In this document: positions 13,411-26,660 of the stretch, piece after piece
Layout of the letters: every line of letters starts with the position of its first letter
Numbering within the stretch: the first letter of the stretch is position 1
Source: Epiperipatus broadwayi
Lineage: Eukaryota; Animalia; Onychophora
Length of the DNA: 64,000 bases
Direction of reading: 5' to 3'
Assembly (NCBI GenBank): GCA_028023455.1
Contig: JAQFVV010000006.1
Span: forward strand, 6,076,001 to 6,140,000
Notes under the pieces: model-generated
Seen by the model: only the letters and a program-made list of their open reading frames with translations
Database searches by the model: none
What the model was told of the DNA's origin: nothing
Program-made: the position numbers and the translations under genes

Positions 13411-14089
13411 AACCTCTTTGGAATGTTGGCTAGCACTACTTGATATACCATATATTGTGTCTCTATTTGGAGGAAAAGAGACCCTAAACGTCTAGATATA
13501 TTCAATTAAATATTACTATGAGAGACACTACTGGTACAGTTAACTGTACTCCTTTACACCTGACTTCCTGTTTATTTGCATATTCCTCTACCAGATATAA
13601 GAAAAGTAGTTGCTTCACAGAGAATGCACAAAAAGCCGTTAAGCAGATCAGATACCTAAGACTTATCTCAAATCAAAATTTATTTTTTAGAAAATTCCAA
13701 TGGTGAACTACATTGAAAGAATTATAGCATTAAAATGGAATTTTTATGAGGTTTTAAACAAATATCTTTTTCCATATCCAACATATAAACACAATGAAAT
13801 TTTCATCAACAGATTCAGAAAAACCATGAGTATTACAAAATGGAATTTGGCAGTTTTTTAGTTATATCGATCTGAGACAACCATGAAGTATGTATTTAAT
13901 GACTGTAAAATCTATGAAGTCCAGTGGTAGAATTGATGTTGTTAGTATAGCCACTAATCTCAGTTTTTTGGTGATGATAATAGTTATGCTAACCAAAAAC
14001 ATCCATCTGTTAAATAAATAAATAACACATGGTTCATAGTTGAAAATCCAAAATCTCAAAAATAGTAATGGCATTTATTAAAGAGAAGA

Positions 14090-14915
14090 TGTATCATTGA
14101 ATATGGATGTCTAATAAGACATCAATGATTATTATAAGGGATTGCATTCAAAAAAATGGATTACGTTCAAAAAATGAAATACATCATTGTAGAGACCAAA
14201 AAAATTGATGTCTAATAAATGATAAATGATCACTAGAACAGATTTCCTTCAAAAAATGGTATAAAACATTGAAGTATCAATGAAAATAGATTTCTAATAA
14301 AAGATCAATGGTTACAGAAAGTGATTAAGAATTGGAATAAATCACTGTAAAGACCAAAAATGTATTATTGAAAATAGATGTCCAATGAGAGATCAATGAT
14401 CACTATAAGGGATTGTATTCAAAAAAAAGGAATAAATCATTATAAAGGACCAAAGATGAGTCTAATGAAATCATGGTTCCTAGAAGAGATTGCATTAACA
14501 AAATGGAATAAATTATTGTAAAGACCAAAGATGTATAATTGATAATAGATCTCTAATGAGAGGTCAATAGTCACTATAAGGGATTGCATTCAAAAAATGG
14601 AATAAATCATTATAAAGACCAAAGATGTGTTTAATGAGATCATAGTCCCTAGAAGAGATTGCATTCACAAAGTGGAATAAATTATTATAAAAGACCAAAG
14701 ATGTATACTTGATAATAAATGTCTAATGAGAGATCAATAGTCACTATAAGGGATTTCATTCAAAAAATGGAATAAATCATTGTAATGATGTATCATTGAA
14801 AATAGATGTCTAAAGACCAAAAATGTATTATTGAAAATGGATGTCTAATGAAAGGCCAATGATCACTAGAAGAGATTGCATTTCAAAAAGTGGAATAAAT
14901 TACTATAAAGACCAA
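14090..14915. repeat. Tandem repeat with alternating ~94 and ~76 bp units (~170 bp higher-order repeat)
   Basis: Recurring CACTATAAGGGATTGCATTCAAAAAATGGAATAAATCATT alternating with CCTAGAAGAGATTGCATT. Confidence 0.85.
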
Positions 14916-15479
14916 CACGAGTAAAAACACACAAAAAGAAAATCATTAATTCTAAATAAAAATTTCAGACATTGGTTTCATTATGAATGCTAGAATGCAG
15001 AATTAATGGTGAAACAGATATAAAAATAATCAAATGAAATTTAATGATCAGATGTTCAAACACTAGCGATGTTAGAACTGGAATTGATTCAAGGACTTCA
15101 TACTCAGTCTGACACTCTTCTACTCCAACAAAAAGAAAATCATTAATTCTAAATAAAAATTTCAGACACTGTTTTCATTATGAATGCTAGAACGCAGAAT
15201 TAATGGTGAAACAGACATAAAAATAATCAAATGAAATTTAATGATCAGATGTTCATAAGATGTTCAAACACTAGCGATGTTAGAACTGGAATTGATTCAA
15301 GGACTTCATACTCAGTCTGACACTCTTCTACTCCAACTCTGCAGGACACAGATAAATGCTTCAATATCTTATGACTTGCCATAAAGTTATTTGAATTATT
15401 GTTTAACTAACCTCATTTATTAATACAGGTTATATTTAAATACAAATATAATATACATACTTAAGCTAGATATAATTAG

Positions 15480-15634
15480 AAGGAGTTTGAACTCAGACTT
15501 TCAAGCTCCCTTTGTCATGAACTCAGTCTTATATAACTGATACACATGAACACATTCATGTGAAAAAGATAAATGATCTCTATCCAATATGCATATTTCA
15601 TGCTAAACCAGCATTCATCAGTTGTTCCGGATCA

Positions 15635-15683
<49 letters not shown>

Positions 15684-16310
15684 ACAATGCTCAGTTTACA
15701 TTTAAGGTAGCAAATCTACAAACTTTAATGGACAGGATATAATTCTTTTCAGTCTCTAACTCTTCTACTATCCATATTATTAAAAATCTGATGACGGCTT
15801 GCTCAAAGCCCTTATTTGCTAACTTTGTTGTCAGACTCAGCTTAAATATATACGTATATATTTTACTTGTATTTAAACATACAGATTTAGCCTATATTGT
15901 GACCATCCCTCTTCTGTGTACTTAACTGGTCTTAAAATCCTGCAGATGAGGAGTCAAAATGACTTATGATCAACATGGGTATGACAACAAAATTGGCAAA
16001 TAAGGGCTTTGAACGAGCCATCATCAAATTTTCAATAAATGTGGATGGCTAAAGAGATGGAGAATGGAGAATATTGAAGCTGTCCATTAAAGTTTAAAGA
16101 TTTTCTATCTTAATATAAACTAATCACTGATTAAATATATGTGAGTGAGATGATGATTTGGATCAACTGATGATTGCTGGTTCAGCATGAAACTCATATA
16201 CTGGAAATCATTTATCTTTTTTGCGTGTATGTGCTCATCTATATCAGTTGTACAAGATGAAGTGGATGATTGAAAGGAGCTTGAAAGTCTGGGTTCAAAT
16301 CCCTTCTAAT
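15480..16310. mobile_element. ~830 bp degenerate palindrome carrying two family B hammerheads (15573-15635 on -, 16150-16212 on +)
   Basis: Outer arms 15480-15700/16110-16305 and inner arms 15755-15838/15975-16065 are reverse complements; includes (CT)n(CA)n(TA)n at 15635-15683. Confidence 0.8.
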
Positions 16311-16789
16311 TAATGACTATTATGTATACTCATCATCATCACCATCATTAGCAAACATGCATAAATGAATGTGATTGTTTTAACTCCAGAGGAAAACAAA
16401 ACAAACAAAAGATTAAAAGATTCTAATATTCTCATATTTCCTGGTGATCAGGTCAAATAAAAATATAATAATATACAGTAAATATCAATATTTGGATATA
16501 TGGTATAACTGTGTATGTGTGCACACGTGTATATTAAATATGTTGTAATATTTTAGAAGAATGACCTACGTGTGCATATATTAAAAATAATGAATTGTAT
16601 AAAAACATTAAATGAATATGAGTGTAAATATCAAAATAAGATTACTACATGTGTAAACAAATAAGAAATAATGGAATGGCATTGTAAAAATACACAAATA
16701 ATAAAAAAATGCATGTACATATAGATAAAATGATATTTATTCCATTTTACTGAAGGTTTGTGATAATGGCCTTTTGAATGTATTTATAT

Positions 16790-17025
16790 ATTGGACTATT
16801 TCCATCACTTGAATTGAGTATTGAATGTCTTTAAAAAATTTAACTTTATTTAAATTTTCAAAGTACACTCACCAGTTAATAATAGCACATAGTTTAGTAT
16901 ATGCACAATGTTTCAAGATTTATTACTCAGGTGTTTCTTGCCTGACCAGTGACAGTAATAACATGAGAATTGAACAACCTGTAAATATGAACATTTCAGG
17001 TAACATTAGGACCACTTAAGCTATT
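16790..17025 (-). mobile_element. SINE family D copy
   Basis: TTGGACTATTTCCATC tail (reverse complement) and body similar to 29619-29885. Confidence 0.7.
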
Positions 17026-17949
17026 CTTCCAAAGGAAACAGTCAGAAGAAATTTTCTATAGTTATCTATGAGGTTCCTCCTGACTTCACTTTTTTTCTAA
17101 GAACAAAGTTAATTAGTAGTTTACATACATTATTTATAGTCACGCTATGTTGACTTATAGAGTTGTATATGTAAATAAATAAGATAAAATGTAACATTAT
17201 CATATTTTACAGTCCTGAAAAAACCTACTGGACAGTCAAAACTGTTTGAGAATTGAAATTCAATAAAGCATTGTGAATAAGACAGAGAGAAGTTTTTTAG
17301 AGGAAAAAAAATATTCAGAATTGTAGGTAATTAAATAATATGGAAGTGGTACACAAATTCACAAACACATTGTTAAGCTTAATGCATAAAGATGACTAGT
17401 GGCATGGGTCCTATGCAAAGTCTGCTAATCTGATGCTCTTTTTTCAACTTTGAAACAATGTAAAAAACTGACAATATTCATGCAGTCATTTCAATCATTA
17501 TTGTATAAGCTATGTCTAAGCTACATATTACGTGAAAATTTCTGAGAATCATGCTTATTTCATGGTATAAACATAATCACTTTCTATGAGATAATGTTTC
17601 AATTTGTATATATTGTTTTCATGAATATGGTATTGCATATCTTGTATGATCCTATTTAATTTACATATTTTTGTAGCTAGATAATATTTCTCGAAGAACT
17701 TAAAATCTTTTTTTCCATGAGGAATGATATAGTTATTCAGAATGTAATGTGATATTTGGTTTATATATGGGTTGAACTTTCATTATAGCTAATTCATCAC
17801 AGTGATGGAGTGATGAAATTTGAGGCCTAACCCACATTTCCGAATCACATGCTAAGCTGTCACTTTTAATGCTTACAGGTAGTTACAAACTTTAATAAGT
17901 TATTATATAAAAGTAATCTGATGATTGGTTGCTCGGGAATGGGAAGTGA

Positions 17950-18815
17950 CAGGGCCGGGCTACAATCCATAGACCTTGAGCTCCAGACTTTCCCACTCTA
18001 TCATTGCAGCAAAGCATGCTGGGAAGTCATAAAGAATGTAGGAATTGAATGGATTATTATTCAGGACTTCATAAAAAGTTCAAGCATCAGAAGTGACAAA
18101 GCATGGTTGTGATCAATGGACCTTGAGCTCCAGTCTGCCACTCCTCCACTGCAGCAAAGTATGCTGGAAACTCAGGAAGAATATGTAGTTCAATGGCTGA
18201 TTAATCAGGAGTTCATAAGAAGTTCAACCATCAGTAGTGACAAAGCATGGCTATGATCCATGGATCTTGAGTTCCAGCCTGTCACTCCTCCACTGCAGCA
18301 AAGCATGCTGGGAACTCAGGAAGAATATAGTAGCTGATGGCTGTGATCCATAGATCTTGAGCTCCATGTCTGCCACTCCTCCACTGCAGCAAAGCATGCT
18401 GGAAACTCAGAAAGAATATAGTAGCTGATGGATGTGATCCATAGATCTTGAGCTCCATGTCTGCCACTCCTCCACTGCATCAAAGCATGCTTGACATTCA
18501 GAAAAAATATAGTAGCTGATGGCTGTGATCCATAGATCTTGAGCTCCATGTCTGCCACTCCACTGCAGCAAAGCATGCTGGAAACTCAGAAAGAATATAG
18601 TAGCTGATGGCTGTGATCCATAGATCTTGAGCTCCATGTCTGCCACTCCTCCACTGCAGCAAAGCATGCTGAGAACTCAGGAAGAATATAGTAGTTGAAT
18701 GCCTTATTATTCAGGAGTTCATAAGAAGTTCTAGCATCAGAAATGACAGAGCATGGCTGTGATCTATGGACCTTGACCTCCAGAATATTCATTTTACCAC
18801 TGCACCAAACTATAT
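17950..18815 (-). repeat. Satellite built from a tandemly amplified SINE family C head (long ~146 bp and short ~91 bp units)
   Basis: Units GCTGTGATCCATAGATCTTGAGCTCCA..CTGCCACTCCTCCACTGCAGCAAAGCATGCTGG; the array starts from an intact SINE head at ~18815. Confidence 0.85.
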
Positions 18816-19516
18816 AGCAGTTTTTTTCATTATTAAAAAAAAAATAGTATTATTATTGAATTTCAAATGACCTGATTAAATCGCCTTTGTTTAAAATGTT
18901 TGCCCATTTATCTCAAATTAGAAAATCAAAACCTAACATGCAGGCTGCTGCGTTTAAAAACAGAATTAAATAATACATAATATTATTGCATTACTACAGA
19001 AAATAATTTAGTACTAAAAATTACAAAAGTAATGGTTTGGACTGCGATCCACAAACCTTGAATCTATTTTTTTACCACTTTGCTAAATCACATGAAAACA
19101 TGTGTGATAGGGTCACTGTGAGATAAAAATCTTCCAGGAGTACTTTATAAAGAAACATTGACAACGAAGGTGGTACTTACCAGGTTTGCCAATTGCCAGA
19201 TGGTAGTCTCTTTCTATCCTTATGTTATTCTGAATATAAGTATTACTAGATATACATTTACTGATCAATATGGGTTGACTGTGTGCCAGCTATCTGACAA
19301 CTAAAATTTTAAGTCTCTTAAATAATTGCTCCCATGGCCTGCATTTGAACCTTAGCTTGTTTGGGTGGCAGGTGTACTATCTCCACACCACAGCGTCAGT
19401 CCTGTAAACAATGGTAAATTATATCATTGGAAAAATTTTTTTTAGCCTTCGTTATTTTTTTTTTAAATATACAAAAGATATTTTAAATAGTTTAAATCAC
19501 GTGTTTATTACCATTA

Positions 19517-19815
19517 CCTGCTTTCATTTTACAACAAAAGTTTACTGTTCTATTCCAAGCAACTTGATAGAAGCTTTCTTGACGGTTTATTTGTTTTAAC
19601 GTGATTCTGTTGACACAGAGAGAGTTTATATGAAGCAGAAAGAGTTGAAAGATATGAAGCATACACCCCTCAAAAAAAAAAGACGAAAAGGAGAAATTTC
19701 CAATACCACTTCAGCTAACTGATCAAGTACAGAACACACTTGTACACAGACAATAATCAATAAAAGAGCATCGTTGTCAACCGACCAATGAGATGATTTC
19801 CACGTGGCAGTTACT
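19517..19815 (-). promoter_or_regulatory. Candidate promoter and first exon
   Basis: CCAAT (19785) and CCACGTGG (19800), locally retained CpGs, and a minus-strand ATG AAA GCA G|GTAATG donor at 19517. Confidence 0.3.
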
Positions 19816-20689
19816 AAAAAAAATCGTACTTTTAAACCTATTTAACATGTTAATAACTTATTTTTTCTTACTTTGGTCTGGGATTGTAAATTATTTACAA
19901 TTCAATAATAATACAATTAAATATATGAATGAAAACATTAAATTTGACAAATAAATATCTCCTTTTTTATTATTATTTCAAAATTACTCTATTTGCAAAT
20001 AAATAATAGTGTGCTTTATTGTTTGGGCTAAGAAATTTGAATAAGAAATTTGAATACTGGAAATAATACAAATGACCCAAACCTGTGGTCTTTGACTCTG
20101 GGGTCAGCCACTCTAACATTACAACCAAATTATTCAGAGCTACTCATTGATTCCAATTTATAAAGAAACCTTCACAAAGTCTTTTTCTTTAAAAATCTTG
20201 TTTTGTTGTATGAATCAAACAAAACTTGCACACACAGAGACACACATAACCATATATATACTTACTTCTTTTACTTCAACAACAAAAGAATCCAAGAAAA
20301 GCGCTATTATAGATTAACGGAGATAACTTTTTAGCTTCAGGGTAATTGATAGCTTCCTGGCAACATCAAACACCAAAAGTTATCTCTGTTTACATGGATA
20401 TAACAGTTTTGAACCTATTCTATGATCATTTTCAGAGAAGATAAAAATTCCTAATTGTTTTAGAATAGCAGTAAGTCTATTATTTGATACAAAAAAATAA
20501 AATTATATTAAGAAGTAGGTTAATTGGAATTCTATTTATTTTACTTCTGTTTGTTTTCATCTCTTTTCCATTCATTCTTTCCTGGAGGTTTTTAATTTTA
20601 CTCATTTTACATTAATGAAAATTACAATGTAATATTTTTTATAATGGTATTAGTTTTTAAAATAACTTTATTAAATAAATAATCAAACA

Positions 20690-21258
20690 GTAGCAAACTC
20701 TCCATACAGTAGCGCTACCTGGTGCAAGCCTTAGTAATCAGCGGATACAAGTTTGTGAATAAAATCCTTATCTAGTGCCTACTCATTCAATATATCTAGA
20801 CTAGTTTCTAGCTTGTGGCTTTCATCAGTGAGAAAGTTGGATATGAGAGCAGTGCACCTAGATCTTAGAACCTAATGCAACTATCTCAGCTGCCATCTAT
20901 ACCATATTTAGTGAACTATGAAGCTATGAGCCCAAAATAAAGAGACCTTAATGTTTTCTATCCAAGCTCTTTCATATATAACCCAGTTCAATATCTATAC
21001 ATTTTGATATCACTGTTTTTTTAAATCCCATGGTCACCATTATCCTATGGGTGGGATTACTATAAAACCACTAATCTTTCATATATAACCCAGTTCAATA
21101 TCTATACATTTTGATATCACTGTTTTTTTAAATCCCATGGTCACCATTATCCTATGGGTGGGATTACTATAAAACCACTAAAACATCACATGATCACCAT
21201 TTCCTATGCTTAGACTACATAAACTAAGATTTGCACTACTGTGTGGAGAGTTGGTTAT
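20690..21258 (-). mobile_element. Near-complete family A monomer with hammerhead at 20785-20842, internal ~110 bp duplication and an inverted terminal segment
   Basis: Minus strand ATCCAA-CT-TTCTCA-CTGATGA-AAGC-CACAA-GCTA-GAA-ACTAGT-C/TAGATA-TA-TTGAAT. Confidence 0.8.
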
Positions 21259-21589
21259 CTCTTTAACAGTTTGTGTAAACACGGGAAATAGTGATCGTGC
21301 GGTGTTTCAGTGATTTTAAATAATTAATCACTTGTGATCAGGTGACATTTGAGCACCAGAAGTAACAAGTTGTGTTTGAAGGAGAATCCTCTAGTTCTAG
21401 GGCTTGTCACTTTACTCCTACCCTAAACTGCACAGGGCAATGCATTTTCCCATATATTCTTATGTGTTTGTGATTAAATAGGAAACTAATTTATGAAAAT
21501 GAAAATATGACTTTATTATTTTCAATCATTAGTAATGACTGCCTAATGAATGTACCTCACTCTAAGTTCAATTTAATTTTCACAATGAT

Positions 21590-21900
21590 TAACTTCTCTG
21601 CATCATTTCAGTAAACTTCTGTACCTCATTCATTAATCTTCTATGTTGTCATTTTCTTCTCTAACTTTTATGATGCAGTTTAAGACTTCATCTATCCATC
21701 TAGTATCATTCTTTTAGCAGCATGTTCAATGCAGATCCACTTCAATCTTAATCCTTCTAATTCTTTTAATGATTTCAGAGATATATGTGTAATACTTCAG
21801 TGATCTATTCCACTTTTGAATTTTAACATATGTCTCTCCACTTACTGATTCTTCAGTTGCTATCTTAATCTTCTCTAAAAATTCAAGTTTTACATCCATC
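21590..21900 (-). pseudogene. Degenerate RTE-type LINE 3' end
   Basis: Homologous by eye to 59800-60110; translates to LKWICIEHAAK.. equivalent of LKWIWAGHIAR. Confidence 0.6.
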
Positions 21901-22569
21901 AAGAAAGATTTAAAAGAATATATCTTTAGACCAAAACATTAAATGTTTTTTTTTTTTTTGTAATCTAAAATCCAACGCAAATATGAGCTCATATTTATAA
22001 ATTTTTAAACACATGATTTATTATCACATGACCACTTTTCAATTCATTTCAATCTTATGTTTAATACCACAATTCTTTGAAGGCAAATGTTTATGATTTG
22101 AATAAACATCTTACATGGAAATGTTTTTTACCACTATTACATTCCCCTAATGATCTAGCTATTACCTTACTACTTAGTCATTTGATGTGTAGCTTCTCCA
22201 ACAATTGACAACTGCCATGCCTGCTTGCTTCCATCAATTTCTAAATCTTTTCAATTCTTCATAGATTTAATTGCTTATCTTATTTCTCCATTCAATACGA
22301 GTACCCTTGCAAATAACATTTTAATTGTATGAAATGCTTTGTTTTATTGCTATACATTTCTGTATCAAATTCGTCTACACAAGTCCTAATTTCAAACATT
22401 GTATTTGAAATATAATAGATATAATAATGACTTCAAAAGATATAAAATTGTTTACATAAGCAAAAAAGGAGATGACCCTTTAATAATCCCAGCAAGCTGA
22501 AAAACAAATTACAAGAAGGAAATAAAGAACTTTTTTTATGTTTATCATGATAAAAAGAGAATTAAGGTT

Positions 22570-22900
22570 GGCATCAAAGAACCACATTTGACTCATGAGC
22601 CTAAAGAATCACATTTGGCTCATGATCCCAAAGAGCCCATTTATCTCATGACTCCAAAGAGCTACATTTGACTCATCAGCCTAAAGAACCACTTTTGGCT
22701 CATAACCCAAAGAGCCACATTTGACTCTTGAGCCTAAAAAACCACATTTGGCTCATGACCCCAAAGAGCCATATTTGACCCTTGAGCCTAAAGAACCACA
22801 TTTGGCTCATGACCTCAAAGAACTACATTTGACTCATGAGCCTAAAGAACCACATTTGGCTCATGAGCCCAAAGAGTCACATTTAGCTTGTGAGTCATAA
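22570..22900. repeat. 27-bp minisatellite with alternating variants (54-bp higher-order repeat), about 12 units
   Basis: AAAGAACCACATTTG(A/G)CTCATGAGCCT / AAAGAGCCACATTTG(A/G)CTCATGACCCC-type units. Confidence 0.92.
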
Positions 22901-24357
22901 TTTTCCAACTCCTAAACAAATGGAATGAATGAGTGATCTATAGCACTTAAAAAAAATTTTATGGTGCAGTTAGACATGTTAAAGACCTCATTTTTGATTA
23001 CAAAGATTATCCCAAAGACAATGTAACAAAGCACAATATTGAATGTTTTCATGGGGAAGACATGAAAACTATTATTTGGCAAGGTTGAAACTGTTCAGAA
23101 AGAAAAGTTTTTATAGAAAAAGTTAAAACACAGCATTGCAAAATGTTAAATAAAGAGAATAATGGATCATGTTCTGTATGTGGTTCCACAGACTGGTAAT
23201 CATCACAAAACTCATCTCTAGGGTATTTTTTCTTGTTGCCATCTTTATATGTTTTTTTAACTTAAAACTGGAATGGCTATACTCATTTCTGATTGGTTGC
23301 TATTGGTGATATCTAAGGCAACAATGTAACAATTTGTAGATTAAAAAGAATTTAGTGAAGGATTACTGTTACAAATAAATGCTGTCTAAAATTAATTACA
23401 AAACTTATAAAACAATTTAAATAATCCACATATAATGTCTATACTAAACTGAATATACCATATTATACTAAATTGTCCATGCACTTTACTACTGTTACCC
23501 AATGCTTTATTTACCACCTTTTTTACAGTTTACAGTTTCCATTACCCCAGCAATCTTCTTCAGAACTAGAGTACTTGAAAGTCTGAGTTCCTTCTAATTA
23601 TAATCCACATAAATAAATACCTAGTAGCAGAAAGTAGCTATTAACTTAAAGTGGGTGACTTGGGCTGGTGGAAGAAATCTGGTTGAGTCAAATGCATTAT
23701 CATGCTTTTTAGAATATTACCAATTGAATGATTAAGAAATAAGAATCACATTAGAATAATGATTACTCCTCCTTACCCACTGTTATGTGATTTCAATCCT
23801 TCTTATAAATGCCTCAAACTATAAAATACTTAGTTTAATATCTATTAATTTTAACACACCCTGTGTAATAAATATGTAGCACTGAGAAAATATAATATTT
23901 ATAAAATAATCTTCAAATGGATATACTATAATAATTCTTTAATAGACGGCCTTTCTAGAATCATTTTAATAACATTCATAAGTAATGACTTCACATATTA
24001 ATGTGATTCTCCAATAAAATAAATAACATTTACATAAAATATTTTATAATAAACACTTTTATTTACTATTCATTAAAAAAAGCCAAAAATAATTATTTTC
24101 TTCAACCACAATTGGGGTATTTATATTTAACTTAAAATAACAGTGAGGGGTGTCCAGAAGTTAATTAATTCAACCACTAGTAAAAATCAGCCTATACAGA
24201 AATTTTGAAATGAACTCTTACACCATTAAGACTTAGATATAATTTGATATGCTACAAAGTAAAAAATTGACATCATGAATAAATAAAATTGCCTATCTTG
24301 TATGACGGCAATAATGCAAAATTAAAAAATGTATTCAAAAAATAAATGCCCATCCAT

Positions 24358-24457
24358 GTCAAGCATTGATTGTCAAGGTCAGCACAGCCACCTTACAAGA
24401 AGTTATCCCAGGTTAGCGGGTTCACTTCCCAGACGATGCCATGACACATAAAAAAAA
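24358..24457 (+). mobile_element. Short SINE family V copy
   Basis: GTCAAGCATTGA...CTTACAAG...GGGTTCACTTCCCAGACGATGCCATGACACAT plus A-tail. Confidence 0.8.
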
Positions 24458-26660
24458 TATATCCATTTCTAGTGATAATGATAAAAAAGTTTACATTAAA
24501 AATGTGATAAATTTTTTATCCCACTACTTGTTCTTAGACCCCGGGAGTAGGACTTCTAATGGCAGGACTGTTTCTGTTAAAATCAGACTGGTAGGAACCG
24601 TAATGATTTGTAACCCAATAATAAACAATTAATGATTTTTTGCATATTTATTGAAGAGCCTTAGTTGTGAATAAGAGTCAAATAAAATTATTTGTAGTAT
24701 TTATAAATTAAAATTTAAAATAATAATAATAATAATTGAATGATTTATGCTCAGGATTACATAATTTTGAGCACCAGAGGTGACACCAGGCCAGAATTCA
24801 GGAACCTTAAGCTCAAAAATTTATTACTGCACCAAACCATGCTGGATATTTGTAAAATTAAGATTACATACATAAGTAGAAGAACGGTTATAATCATCCA
24901 ATGCATTATAATATCAACTTAACAATAGACAACGTAATAAAGATGACAGTAATTAAAAAAAACAACTTCCTATATTTTTTAACACTTCCTTGTCAGGTTA
25001 TGTTTAGAATTTTATTTTTTGATATTCTTTTTGTTTTTATATTTAAAAAAAAAAAATTTATTTGCCAAACAACGCATCATATGCTTTAACTGTTTATTTT
25101 CAACATCAGCATTCATTCAAATTGTTCCAGAGCCACCTAGTGTGAATTTCAGGTAGCACTATCATCCAGTGCTCCAGATCCTTCAAACTGTCGGTAAATG
25201 ACTCCAGAATAGATTGAATTACTGCTTCTAATACAAAAAAATTGTTTCTATCACACATTTGAAAAAAAAGGATATAAAAACAAAAACATGCCTTGAACCT
25301 ATGACCTAAAGTACAATTTATTTTCCTTCTTTATATAGATCACCGGAAAAAATACAACTTGCATAACTGCCAACTATTTTAAAAAGCCTTCTGGCTCTTC
25401 TTCTTAATATACAAATAAAAGTTATATTATTAATTATTCTATCAGAAAATTTACAGTTTAACCTTCATATCTTGGATATGAGTAATAAATTTTAATCCCA
25501 ACATCTCACGACTTTATATGCTTTCTTGTGTTTCAAGCGCAGTTATTTTCATTCTAAATTCACCTTGCTAACGTAACCAAAAGAGTGGAGTGGGAAAGTT
25601 TTTTCAGAAATAAGAGCCACATATAATACTTTTCATATATTTTTATTGTTCAAAAGTTGCAAGCCTGCAAATGCTGAAAGTTTATGCAGCAACGAGATAT
25701 GATTATAAAATCCATGTTAACACTTTTTGAGTAGTACCATTTAGCACAAAATTTCAAGTTTGGAAATATCAATTTTATATTTATCTTTACAGCATTTATG
25801 CAATAAAACATTGTGGTATTGGTATATACTGTACTACTAAAGATTATAATATAAAAGTTTAGAACAGATAACAATAAAAACTAATATTACCAGTCATGCA
25901 CTGCTAAGAGTAGCTTTGGATGCCACAAATTGTCCATCACTGCAATAGACTGTATGTAGATAATATACTGGTGTAAAAATTTTCCCATGTCGAGACTGAC
26001 TGATTTATGGCTTTTGATTTCATCTGTAAAAATTAGAATTCAAACCTGGAACTAATATACTTATGCATGCGGCAGATAATCCTTTATACTATTCAAATGA
26101 ATAACACAAAATTTTATAAAAGTCTTAAGGATTGTTTGATGCCTTTGCAATAAAAAGAGATTTTTTTTAATAATATTGAGCCACATGATCAATTTATGTC
26201 ATTTTTGCTTTAGTCATGTGACTAGGCCACTATTCTTTTATATATAAACATCTTTGATATATTTTCATATACTATGCAAAAAATCACAAAGTTTTTTGGT
26301 CTTATCCTTTAAATGATTCTTGTGATGGAATGGTAGGGTATTGGCCTCTTGTACCTATAATCTAGGTTTGAATTCAGATTGAATAAATTTGAAAATAAAC
26401 TTGGGATTTTTTCAGTTTGCCCTATATGAAATTTGGAAAACTATTGACTATTGGTCAATAAAGGCATATCTAGCTATTCTTAAGTAGACAATAAAACCAA
26501 TGTAGACAATCATTCAAAGCCTCATTCATGGAACAATTGCCAAACCAAAAAGCATGTCCTTTTCCTTTACTGTTTCTCTCTAAGAAACTGTTGAAAAGGT
26601 TTTTGTCCTACTTATTTAAAAACTATTTAAATTTCTGTTTTACTTTTTAGAAGTTATAAT

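Noticed and set aside
15789-15820. CTGATGA-C-GGCTT-GCTCA-AAGCC as a hammerhead
   Set aside because: The GAAA half of the core is absent in both inverted copies; at most a truncated remnant.
18282-18792. Repetitive ORFs or a CRISPR-like array at 18 kb
   Set aside because: Whole units repeat with no unique spacers, the context is eukaryotic with no cas genes, and the unit derives from a SINE head.
19785-19804. Canonical ERSE element
   Set aside because: The spacer is 10 nt rather than the required 9; kept only as a generic CCAAT plus E-box.
20690-21258. Family A as a TIR-bounded MITE
   Set aside because: The apparent TIR (AACTCTCCATACAGTAG) is internal and in direct orientation in other copies (54720, 57240), so the inverted ends here are a local fold-back of a circularly permuted unit.
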